A stretch of DNA of 64,000 nt. Origin: Marsupella aquatica (taxonomy: Eukaryota; Plantae; Marchantiophyta). The notes beneath the pieces are model-generated. The model did no database searches. It was not told the DNA's origin and worked only from the letters and a program-made list of their open reading frames with translations. Of the stretch, positions 1 through 10,233 are shown one piece after another (positions within the stretch are counted from its first letter, which is position 1; every line of letters starts with the position of its first letter). The position numbers were made by a program, and so were the translations under genes. The DNA is taken from the NCBI GenBank assembly GCA_973895155.1, contig OZ316893.1, positions 4,514,877 to 4,578,876 of the forward strand, read 5' to 3'.

Positions 1-41
1 ACACAACAAACTACTTTTAATAAACAATAGTCAATTATATA

Positions 42-2303
42 TCACAATTTACTCACACTTTGAATGTATGTAGTCAAAGCCTGCAAATCACTTGCATCTA
101 GTACATACACTCTATCAACTATCCCAGACTTCATTGTCAAGTTCACATTTGAAATTACCATCTCAATATCAATCCATTGTCCATCTGTTGCAACATAAGT
201 GAACAAAGTTTTGTTGTTACCAGTAGATTTGTACCAATTACACTGCAAGCGGCACACACTTCCACTCTATCCAACTGCAGGTACAGGTCTGTCCAACAGA
301 TCTATTGCTTTCCGACGTCTGACCCAATGGGAGCCATTCTTCTGTATCATAAACTCAATCCTACCCAACCAATATTCTTTCTTTGCAGATGTTGCATCAA
401 CAACAGGCCCTTTATCTATTCCCTTCCTCTTCTTTGACTTGGATGATCTGGTAGAAGGACCAACCTCTGCAACAGACTCAAACAAAACTGCTATATCAGT
501 ACCAATGTCAACCAAACAAGTCACAGAGTCACCATTTTCCTTCTCCTTACCAGTAGTGTAATAGGTCTTCTGGGCTATCCTAGTTAGCCTATCCTTTGAC
601 ATGAAAGGATTGCAGCACAACCCTTCCTTGCCACCAAAAGCACCACATCTATGTCCATTCACAATATTTCTCAGAAACAATCTTAAATCTTTCCTATCAT
701 GGGCTACTCCTAATAAATCTTCTAGCTTCTTTCGCCTAACACTCAGGGCACAAATTTTGTGAGCCTGTTGTGCCAACAGCCAACGCTGTTTCCTAAAGCG
801 AGTGGTGAGGTTACCAACATGTTCCCTCAGTTCGGTTTTGGTCAAGTATGCCAACCTCATCCCACCCTATGTAGTCCTGTCTCCTCTCTGCACTAATGCT
901 TCCGCTTCCCTGTGCACCCTGCCACGAAAATCATCTTCACGTTTTATAGAATCACATAGAGTGCAAGTGAGGTTTTGAAAACCACCTCCATTAATGGACA
1001 CCCTGTGACATTGCTTGTGCCTAAAACAACCTTGTATACCAACAACTGACTGACTAGTTACATTGAAAACCTCAGCACAGGTTGTACGGTCACAATCCCA
1101 CACATTTCCTCCCTCTTGATCATCAAGTGTGCCTTTCATAGCCATAGAATCCCCTGTCCACTTCACCTTTGACTCCCACAGGCCCCAACAAAGCAAACTT
1201 AAACTTGGCTCAATGGAGGAATACAACCCACCTCTGCCTGAACTGCTCCCTGCAGCAGAGCTGTCCTCTCTAAAGAAATTCAGAATAGAATTTTGAGATG
1301 GAAACAGATCACGAGCATCAGGCTTCCTTGGTCTCCCCTTCTTCCCTGCCCTCAGTGCAGCTTGGGTACTGGTGACAACGTTCTCAAGTGCATCCATATG
1401 ATCCCGACTGACAAGGTGTTGCCTTAAATTGTGTTCCAAATTGGATTTCTTAGGGCACATGTCAGTATGTAGCTTGCCACAGACTGTACATCTGACCTTA
1501 AACAGGAATGACCTCTGTGCAAATGTTGGATCAGTGGGAGATGGTGTGATAGAGAACACTTCTACCACCCCACCTACCTCTGCATTCAACTTTCCCACTA
1601 TTTCCACACCAGCCCCTATTCGCATACTATGATCAAACAGTGGTTGTTGTATAGTGTTAGCAGCCGTCACCAAAGCTCCAGCTAAACCCCTTCGCTTACA
1701 CCAGTTCTCCTTGTGTTTAGGGTTGGTCAGGTGCTTTGTCTTGAAGTTGCTAAAGCAATTTGCGATGGACTTGAGCACCTGTGAAGTGGCTGCATTCCCA
1801 TAAGTCTCCCTACACTCTAAGCATTCTAGATGACCTCGACACTCCCCTCCCTCATCCCACGTCCGCACTTTCCACTTGTGCTCACCAAAGCCCTTCTGGT
1901 TTACCCAGGATCGTAGCTTCACCCACTCATCATTCCAGGCCTTTGATGCAGCCTCAGACATGAGGTGAGACTCAAAGGAGCCCGTGACAGGCTGTACAGT
2001 AGCCTGTACTGGCACCTCTTGTGTTTGTCCTTGAGACAATGGAGTCGTGCCTGCCACATTGGACACAGTGGTAGCAGATGAATGAGAGGAACCAATAGTG
2101 ACCCTCTCCGCAGGCAAGGCAACTGAGGGTAACTCTGCAATGACGTAAATTGTCCCTTGAAGTTTAGTCACCCCAACAGTCTTCTCTGAAAAGCGCCGGA
2201 CTCGACCAGGCAACCTCTCATCCCAAAAATCAAAGTCAAACTCTATTGCACCAACACATTTTAGACGAAAATCTGCCAGAGTCTGCCCTTCTTTGAAGGA
2301 CAT
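42..2303 (-). pseudogene. P-element/THAP9-like transposase, N-terminal Zn-finger part joined in frame to the C-terminus (catalytic core deleted at ~620)
   Basis: ORFs 867-2303, 267-860 and 42-257 are in one frame separated by single TAG stops. There are two C2H2-like fingers (CLEC...HLTNPKH, CTVC...HLVSRDH). Downstream of CCNPFMSKDRL the protein is nearly identical to ORF 14931-15548. The frame stays open up to a splice acceptor near 2400. Confidence 0.7.
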
Positions 2304-2559
2304 GACACAGATTGGCGTATCAGGCTTTCCTCTCTCCTCACCCTTTCTACCAATCTGACAGAGCTCATGCCTAGGTGTGCCATGATGGACAGTTATACAG
2401 GCTGTGAGGGAGAGGGATTAGGTAGATGAACCTGTCATACAACAATGGACAGACATGGAAAAAGATCAGGACTCAAGTCAACCATTCACAATGTCATCTG
2501 AACACTCAATCTATTGTAGTCCATTTCAATTCATCAAAATTCCATTTTGTTTGACAACC

Positions 2560-2654
2560 AAATACTTAGGTCCCTTTCATTCATCGAAATACTTAAGTCC
2601 ATAGCATTCAACCAAATACTTAAGTCCATAGCATTCAACCAAATACTTAAGTTC
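2560..2654. repeat. 27-bp tandem repeat, ~3.5 copies
   Basis: aaatacttaagtccatagcattcaacc-like units start at 2560, 2587, 2614 and 2641. Confidence 0.85.
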
Positions 2655-2738
2655 ATATAATTTAGGTTGTCTTATGGGTCCACTACAAAAAAGGTTGAAG
2701 TTTGTAAGATGGTGGAATTTGTAGCAGTCATGATGTGT

Positions 2739-3434
2739 CTAGTCATGGGTACTAGGGATATCAGAACCCTCTGGAATGACATGGCGATTACAGTAAATCA
2801 TGCGCCACTGTCCAATGTCCCAGGTGTCTCGGCCCCTCACCCCTCTCCTCAAGTGCCTGTCTGCTGTTGGTCCTTCATCACGACACCATGCACGAGGGCA
2901 TCTACGACATTGGACAAAGTCCCAAATGCCCTCCCGATACTCCTTACAGACCTCACAGTAATGTCGTGGGCATATAAAAGCATCGGGATGTGCATCAGGG
3001 TTATCTGGATGGCGGGTGAATGGCATTTCCCCCAATCGCAGAAGTGTCCGGAGGCAACCCACATGGTAAAATGAGTAGCAATCATCATGAGAACACTGGA
3101 CCACAAGGGGCTCGTTTGTGCTGGGTCTCAAGGTTCTGCCAAGGAGCCCACAACCAAAACATCTTCCTCTATTTTGCTGACAGAGATCACAGAGCCAAGC
3201 TGCAGCCCAATCATGACCTCTGGAAATGACAATGCGCTGACATGTAGGTCCATGGCCATCTTCTTCATCAGGGTTGTGGCCATCAACTACATAATGAAAA
3301 TGGCGACCACAAGGGCCATCACAGAACAAAACAGTTCCTCCCTCGTCACATTCAAAACAGCAAGGGGGATCCATACGAAGGTGCTCCCTATGCCCAAATC
3401 TTGGATCCAGCAACTGACGAGCAATGTGTGCCAT
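2739..3434 (-). CDS. Stand-alone EDM2/NSD-type composite PHD-finger protein (transposon cargo)
   Basis: Uninterrupted ORF: CFECDEGGTVLFCDGPCGRHFH...WLCDLC...CFGC...VQCSHDDCYSFYHVGC...FICPRHYCEVC...VQCRRCPRAW...WD...MIYCNRHVI...P. This is collinear with the EDM2 PHD module as I recall it. A splice acceptor (ttttgcag) lies just upstream of the ATG at 3434. Confidence 0.8.
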   Translation of the reverse strand: MAHIARQLLDPRFGHREHLRMDPPCCFECDEGGTVLFCDGPCGRHFHYVVDGHNPDEEDGHGPTCQRIVISRGHDWAAAWLCDLCQQNRGRCFGCGLLGRTLRPSTNEPLVVQCSHDDCYSFYHVGCLRTLLRLGEMPFTRHPDNPDAHPDAFICPRHYCEVCKEYREGIWDFVQCRRCPRAWCRDEGPTADRHLRRGVRGRDTWDIGQWRMIYCNRHVIPEGSDIPSTHD

Positions 3435-3602
3435 GCTGAACAAGATCTGCAAAATTACCTTCAAAAATTAGGGACAGGCATGTGATGTACCAGAAGGAGC
3501 AACAGTCCACTAGCAATCACAGCCAGTAGCCTCCACCAAGGGCATCACTTCCCTGTGGGCTCCTTTGATCCATCCTGCAATATGAGGAATGCAGATTAGA
3601 AG

Positions 3603-4040
3603 TCAGCAACTTGAATGTGCATCATCATCACGGGCAGAACCTGGACGTGTCCCACCACAGACACAATCATTGATGAAATGACAAGTATTCCATGCTAGGC
3701 AACCGCCCCATGCCATTCTTGCCATGTACTGTGCAAAAGTTTGCACTATGTTTGAGTGACCTCCCCTACAACGATCACTTGTCTGGGTGTGACAATGGAG
3801 ACAAGCCTCTAGGAAGACACAGTCCTCATCCAACACCCCAAGTGTCTGTTTAACTAGACGGATACTGTTTGGGACTAGTGGGGATGTATTCAGCCTCCTA
3901 TAATGGTTGCGAGGCAGACTTGGATAGCCCCACGTCACAGCACAGTCTGCAGGCACGACCCCATTGTGAATCATCTTCACACGAAATCGCTCACCCTTCT
4001 GTTGATGGTACTCAGACAATGCACTGCGTGTCACAACCAT
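3603..4040 (-). CDS. Cys/His-rich protein of unknown function (transposon cargo)
   Basis: 145-aa ATG-initiated ORF on the same strand as its neighbours, preceded by a plausible acceptor. No family recognised. Confidence 0.4.
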   Translation of the reverse strand: MVVTRSALSEYHQQKGERFRVKMIHNGVVPADCAVTWGYPSLPRNHYRRLNTSPLVPNSIRLVKQTLGVLDEDCVFLEACLHCHTQTSDRCRGGHSNIVQTFAQYMARMAWGGCLAWNTCHFINDCVCGGTRPGSARDDDAHSSC

Positions 4041-4328
4041 CTTTAGTGCACCTAGATTGAGATTGTGCTCACTCCAACAAAATCACAAGGCCACAACAAA
4101 TAGGGTACAGGGGCCGACCTTTGCTTGGACCCAGAACTTCCACACTTTCTGCCTTGCGCTAGAATGTCCCTGCACAAAAAAGAGAAGCAACTAATCTTTA
4201 AAAACCTACACAAACCAAAGGAACTACATAGTGCTCCAAGAACCAAACAGCGGATCTGCAAAGAATTGCAACAAGCAACGCTTTATTAAACTGCTCCAAG
4301 ACTGAGCAGAGGTTACATTTACAGTAAG

Positions 4329-4796
4329 CTACACACATTTACATTTTGGCATGATCAAGTTTATACTTCTCCAAACTGAACCTGCCTTATCCTGTTCAAT
4401 CTGTTCTACTTTTCTCTTAGCGCAATCTACCTCAGACTCTACATCAGTCAACATTAAGTTGAAAGGGCCTTCTTCCAATAGGACTCCTACTTTGAGGGAT
4501 TCGCACATCCATTCAAATGAGACAACTTTCAATGCCTGCTCTTGAATGAGGGAATTAACACCAGACCATGTCCACTTGGACATGACTGCTCTCCAAGAAC
4601 CAGCAACAATGTGAGTGGTGTTGCTGGAAGCAACAGTGCAAAGCTGACCATGACGTTCAATTAGCTTTCTATGGAAAACTTCAAAACGAGCTCTTGAAAA
4701 TTCATTTGGAACTAAGAAGGCATTCACACCCTCAAAAATTGGCTTCAAAATTGAACAGGGCAAAACCTTTGGTGCAGACTCATATCTACGACCCAT
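4329..4796 (-). CDS. Stand-alone BRCT-domain protein resembling the N-terminal BRCT of DNA polymerase lambda (Pol X)
   Basis: IFEGVNAFLV...SRARFEVFHRKL...TTHIVA...VVSFEWMCESLKVGVLLEEGPFNL shows the BRCT TH and WxxxS signatures and the Pol lambda-like pattern. No polymerase domain follows. Confidence 0.7.
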   Translation of the reverse strand: MGRRYESAPKVLPCSILKPIFEGVNAFLVPNEFSRARFEVFHRKLIERHGQLCTVASSNTTHIVAGSWRAVMSKWTWSGVNSLIQEQALKVVSFEWMCESLKVGVLLEEGPFNLMLTDVESEVDCAKRKVEQIEQDKAGSVWRSINLIMPKCKCV

Positions 4797-7064
4797 GGCA
4801 CAGTCAACCCTAAAGCTAAAGGCCCTGTTGTCCTCTGCAACAAAGTGGAGCTTACTTGGATCCTAGGCTCCCCACAACTTCTGTAGTCGAATGAGAACCC
4901 GAACTCCTGCTCACCACCCAAGATTGTGTGAATCTACACATTCCATAGTGCACAATTAAAACATATCAGCAACTCACCAGCGCAGTAAAAATGAGAGTAA
5001 AAATGCATATCCATGAAACAAGTGTCCATTCCCCTAGATCGGTCCACTGTCCTGTCTCTGTACATTCAAACCAGTCAAACAGTTGAATTATAATACTACA
5101 CAACTTCATCTATAGTACATACACCAGACCATAATTAATTGAAAAGAAGGGAGATCCACACCTGAAGTATGTTGTTTTCTGCACAACACCAATATAGAAT
5201 ACAGCCCTAAACAACACGATCCGAGACCCACCACCAGTAAGTGAACTCGCCTCGCCCTACAAGGACAATAGTGGAGCAGAAAATTCAGAATGAAGCCCTT
5301 GCAGACAATAATGTTGACCTGCGCTATGACATTGTTCACAGTCTTACTACCAACAAGCTTCCTCGAACTTAAGTATTTGCTTAACTCTGAGGGTCTGTCT
5401 GTCTAGTAAACTGAAGTGAACTCAACTTACTTAACAGCAAACAAGACTGAACTATTTGCTATCGACATCAATTAATTACCACATACATACCTCGCAGTGG
5501 AAATTTGGTAGTAACAACACTGGAAAAGGTCACAGTCGCTCCACCTCCTTCAAAGCTTTTCAACCGGCCAATTTCAAGGCAATTTCAAGGCGGCCTACCA
5601 CAAAGAAGCCTATTGGCCAAAGTTCAGAAGCAACAACGGGGAAGGGAATACAAGACATTCAATCCAATTGCTTCCGATAAGAGGCAAGCAAAATGAGCTC
5701 CATAGATCAGGAAGATCCTATGCAAGACACAAAATCCTCAGTTTGACAGTTCAACAGAAGCAAGATGCAGAAAAATTCCATAGCCAGGACCTGACCAAAA
5801 CTTCTGCAAGACTTGACCAAACCCAGGTCCGAGCAACGATTATGAATGCAGCACAACAACAATGTGTACAGACCGTCGCATACTACATTGGAAGCCTCTT
5901 CTGTGGATTCCGCTTGGCTACTACTACAAAAGAAATAGCTACGTAATATTCTAGACTAGCTCTTTTCAATGCGAGTAGGCAATGCAAGCACATAGACAAT
6001 GTGGACTTGGTTGTCTAGGAAACTTTCAATTGCAACCTGGACAAGGAGCCAGATTCAAACCTGGTACTAGATGTAATGCTCTTCTACCCTCGCCTCCGCC
6101 CTTGCCGAGCTTCCCTTCCGGACCGTCCTTGTCTTCCAATGTGACGCAGCTACACAACCGGCAACAATAGTCCTCCAACCAGCATTGTCGTCCTCCTAAT
6201 ACATGCAAAAGAAAAACATACAAACAAGGCAGCGAGCGAGCTCAATCAGCAAGCCAGGGTATCATGGTAGAGACGTCAATTTCTGTGAAGCTTGCATATG
6301 GGAGGCAGAAAGCGCAAGTCCTCAGCATTTTGGGCACTTACTTGTTACTGCTGTTCTCTGAAGAGTAGTCGTCCTCCAGGCTATAGCAAGCTGCAAAGTG
6401 AAGAACCACACACGACGATCAGGATGACGATCAATGATTCAATCCGAGATTCAATCGTGACATCCACAGTGACCTCGATCCAAATGTCCAGCCAGGCAGC
6501 GACGTCCTCCCACTGTTTCTTTCCAGCGTCGCCTTCCTCCTATTCAAATGTCAGCAAACTACATCAGAAGAAAACAGCAAGCGAAAGCTCAAAGCAAACT
6601 AAAACTTGAGCCGCAAGTGATGCACAAAAATGGCAAGTCCACAACACCTCTTGAATGCTGTAGCAGCAGCTCCTCTCCACCTTTGGCCTCCTCTCCAATG
6701 CAACCGCAGTAGTTCTCGACCTCCAGCCTCCTCTCCAATGCAGCCTTGCAATAGTTCTTGACCTCCAGCACACTCGACAGCCTCCTCTCCAATGTTGCGG
6801 CTGCAACTCAATCTCAACGCAGCAGAAACATTTTTTTGAAACGAAGGTCCTCCCGCGCGGTCGTGCTTCCCGTGGGCCCTAGTGCCCTTATGCCTTTTGC
6901 CCCCCTCCTCTCGTTGATAATAGGTTACCCTAAACTCGGGCATTTGTAGGCCATTGGATCTAGAAATCAACGGCTCCTGCAAATCGAGAGGGGAAACCAT
7001 GGGGCCCCTCCAAAACCGGCATTAAGCCCCCCCAAAGAAACCCCAAAACCCCAAACCCCGTGGA

Positions 7065-9215
7065 TATAGTGTAAATGGACAACCTATATGTAGAGGAGGA
7101 TTCAAGAAACTATATTCTTTAGGTAATAATAGATTGGCAACAATCCATGCAAACATGTTTACAAGGATTGAACGAGATACCTTTTGTAAGGAAGAGTCAC
7201 CTTCATTTCTAAACTTGGTGGAATGGTTGAAAGATTTTTTCCAAAAAAATATGGATAGTCTTCCCCATAAAGAGATTCATCACTTGCCAGACAATTGGAC
7301 AAAGCAAGAGATACATGGAATCTTTGCAGCTGAAACAATGTTGCGAGAAGAACAACAAGTTACATATTCTTATTTTTTGCATGTTTGGAAAAAAAAGTTT
7401 CCAAATGTACGAATTCCTAAAAGGAGTCGATTTTCTACTTGTGGTCCTTGTACTGAATTCAAGGCTCTTCGAGACAAAGCAACAACTGAAGAGGATAAAA
7501 GTAAGTTCCACTAACTATAACCTTCAACTTTAATTTGATGACATGTAATTCAATATTTGTCAAAGTTTATCCTTAGTTATTGATTTTTAATTCATTGTTA
7601 TTGTATCATTTCAGGAAAGTATATCAATGCCCTTATGAAGCATCGAAAAGTACAATCATTGGAAAGGATGAAGTTAGCCAAGCATCGTAAAAAATGCTAT
7701 GATGAGCCCAACAAGTATTTGGGTATTTGTATAGATGGTATGGATCAAAAGAAAACAGAGCTACCACATTTTCTTCGTTGTCCAAAGAACATGGATGAAA
7801 AGTATTTCATTCCAATAGATGTTGTAGGTTGTCTCATCTTCAACAGGAACCTTGTAGCAAAAGTATTTTTGACATATCCCAATATCCATAATGATGCAAA
7901 CTTGACCATACATGTTATTCAAAATGTATTGAATACATGGGATGGGACATTACCAAGAGTGTTATATCTTCAATTAGATAATACCACTCGGGAAAACAAG
8001 AATAAATTCTTGATGGCTTATCTTCACATGTTAGTAGATTTGAAGATTTTTGATAAGATTAAAGTGGGTTTCTTGTTGGTCGGTCATACACATGACCAGA
8101 TAGATCAGATGTTTAGTAAATTTTTGTCTAGGTTAAACAAGCACAAAGCATTTCGCTTGGAGACTCTTGAGGATATTATTCGACGAGCATATTCACCTGA
8201 AGCTTTGATCATATTTGTGGATGAAGTAGCCGATTTTTGAAAATTTGTCAATGAAAACGACCAGCCAAATGAGAAGGGAGTCTCAGGTAGAGTCTTGAGA
8301 GATCTCAATCTCATAACTTTTCAAAGGCAATTCAGATTCAAATGAGTCATGGAGGATGGAAACGAAGAGACAACATTTCATGGGAAACATCTTTCCACGA
8401 CCCAGGATTGGGGAGATGCAGTGACGTTCGTCAATTACATTCCAACTTCAAGAATGTGGGTTGCTGCACAAATGTCACTGAAGTCAGCAAAAGGTGTTGA
8501 GAGGGATGATGTCCATGATTCTTCCAATACAGATGGTGCATTAACTACTCTGGTGAAATATGCAAAAGCTATCCAGGAAGGTTTCAATTACTTTGACAAT
8601 GAAGATAAACTTTGGTGGATGAGTTTTTTTGAGAAACAAAAAGATATTATCAAAAATCACCTAGAGGAAGGTGAGTGGTTATTTGAGTGGGTTTGGCCGC
8701 AACAAAATCAAGGTGTACAACTACTTCCAAGGGTGAAAAATGAACTTGTTGAAGAAGGTGTTGATCCAACTTTGGTTGACAAAGTTGCTGGACCATAGAG
8801 AATTATGTACTCCGGACCTCGACGAAAGCAAGCTGAATTTGGAGATTTCAGAGATATGGAAGTTAACAATAAGTGGTCCATGATATGTGTAGCGGCACAC
8901 AAGGATCCAGAAGGCAAGTTGTTTTGGATGGCAAAGGTGTCAAAGATTTTGACAAGAACTGCAGACATTCCTGAGAGAATCAAAATCACATGGAACACAA
9001 CTGAGGCAAGTGCTGAGTCTGCTATTGATGGGAAATATTTTCTAGAGAAAGATAATATATCTAATCGACTTCTCCAAGATGAACTAGTTCTATCATCAAC
9101 AGCGGTGTATGCATACAACTTTGTGCTTTTAAGTACTAATCAAATAGCAGCAAAAACTAAAAAAATTATAGAGTCTGCTATATTAGAGAGAGGTTCTGCA
9201 CACTCAGAGGATTGA
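7065..9215 (+). pseudogene. Sola1-like (DUF7869-type) DDD transposase, 5'-truncated, with premature stops
   Basis: Motifs YSVNGQPICRGGFKKLY, RFSTCGPC, CIDGMDQKK, LYLQLDNTTRENKN and FLLVGHTHDQIDQMFS. A GT-AG intron at 7501-7614 joins the first two ORFs in frame. The downstream ORFs are in one frame broken by TGA 8238, TGA 8343 and TAG 8796. Confidence 0.8.
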
Positions 9216-9226
9216 GATTGATGTCC

Positions 9227-10170
9227 TTAAACAAGTACATGCATCAATTTTAGAATTTGATCTCGAATGAATTTTCTAAGGTTACATGCTCTATTACAAT
9301 TGTACCATTTTTCAGTAAATAAAGACTGTGCATCAAGGCATTGTGTAATATGCCATTGAATTCTGATTTCGTCCATATTTTGAAGAACAAATAGACCACA
9401 ATCTGAATTGTTTGGTTGTTGAGGTACCTGAGAAAGAATCTTAAAGTTAGTCCAAAGCGTTTAATAATTGAACTAAATAAAAGTTGAAATAACTTTTCAA
9501 ATCCTTACCATTGGATTGTATATCTCCACAACTCCCATTGGAACTTTTCCAAAAAATAATTCTCATTCCATTGTAAAATATCTGCAAATTATCATTCAAA
9601 GTTCTTAGTCCAAAGTGTTTATATTTATGTACCACATAAATAAATTCAAATTGAAAAAATGTAATAGAATATATACGTACCTGCTCAGTATTGATCCAAT
9701 TACATGGGTTGAGTGTAGACCGACGAGAGAGTCTAGATGATACATTTTGATCGAAGATTCAATCCGATCCAAACATATTACAACCAGACTCTAGTGCATG
9801 CTCATGTGAATTGGCATGAGAATGACCTCAATTTGGGAAAATGGTGGCTTGTAATAATTTCGCATCTTTTGAATTGATTCCAACAAGGTCTCAGCTGGTT
9901 CTATTTCAATCCTTGAAACAAGCCAAGGGTAAAAAAAGAGGATAGTGTGTTTACTGAGGGAGCCAGATCTCCATGTTCCTCGGTTATTAATTGTGGGTAA
10001 AATTCCATTATTTCATCACCCAAATATTGACCGGGTTCAAGTTGGCTCAATGTTTTATTGTCCAAAAGAAATCCACTAGAAGGATTGTGTGAGAATCTAT
10101 GCAGAACATGTTTCAATACAAAATCCTCCTTTGGTTCCTGCAAAGACATTACTTTGTGAAATAAGAACAT
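9227..10170 (-). pseudogene. Ulp1-like (peptidase C48) SUMO-protease, spliced, with premature stops
   Basis: Manual translation gives LEPGQYLGDEIMEFY, ILMPIHMSMH*SLVVIC (catalytic His; W to TAG), YHLDSL (Asp), and a last exon from 9427 reading VPQQPNNSDCGLFVL (Gln, Cys), ending in TAA at 9227-9229. Confidence 0.85.
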
Positions 10171-10233
10171 AGTCCAATCATAATCTTCCTCAATATTTCA
10201 CAAGTTTGGATCAATAGATACAACATGAGAGAA

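Larger units (their letters stand above)
1..7060 (-). mobile_element. P-element-like DNA transposon, copy 1 (internally deleted, carries cargo ORFs; ends not visible)
   Basis: Bases 1-620 are a close copy of 14890-15509, which lies inside the TIR/TSD-bounded element 14317-40079. The 6830-7060 region loosely matches 18410-18650 of that element. The left end is outside the window, and the right side abuts the Sola-like ORF without a TIR. Confidence 0.65.

Noticed and set aside
2739-3464. Bona fide host EDM2 or an NSD/ASH1 histone methyltransferase gene (also 53040-53711)
   Set aside because: Only the PHD module is present, with no RFTS-like, SET or C-terminal EDM2 domains, and both copies lie within transposons. 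No gene symbol was assigned.
9447-9635. ORF with QSNGKD as the Ulp1 catalytic motif
   Set aside because: It runs into an intron (donor GTAAGG). The real QQPNNSDCG motif is in the next exon starting at 9427.
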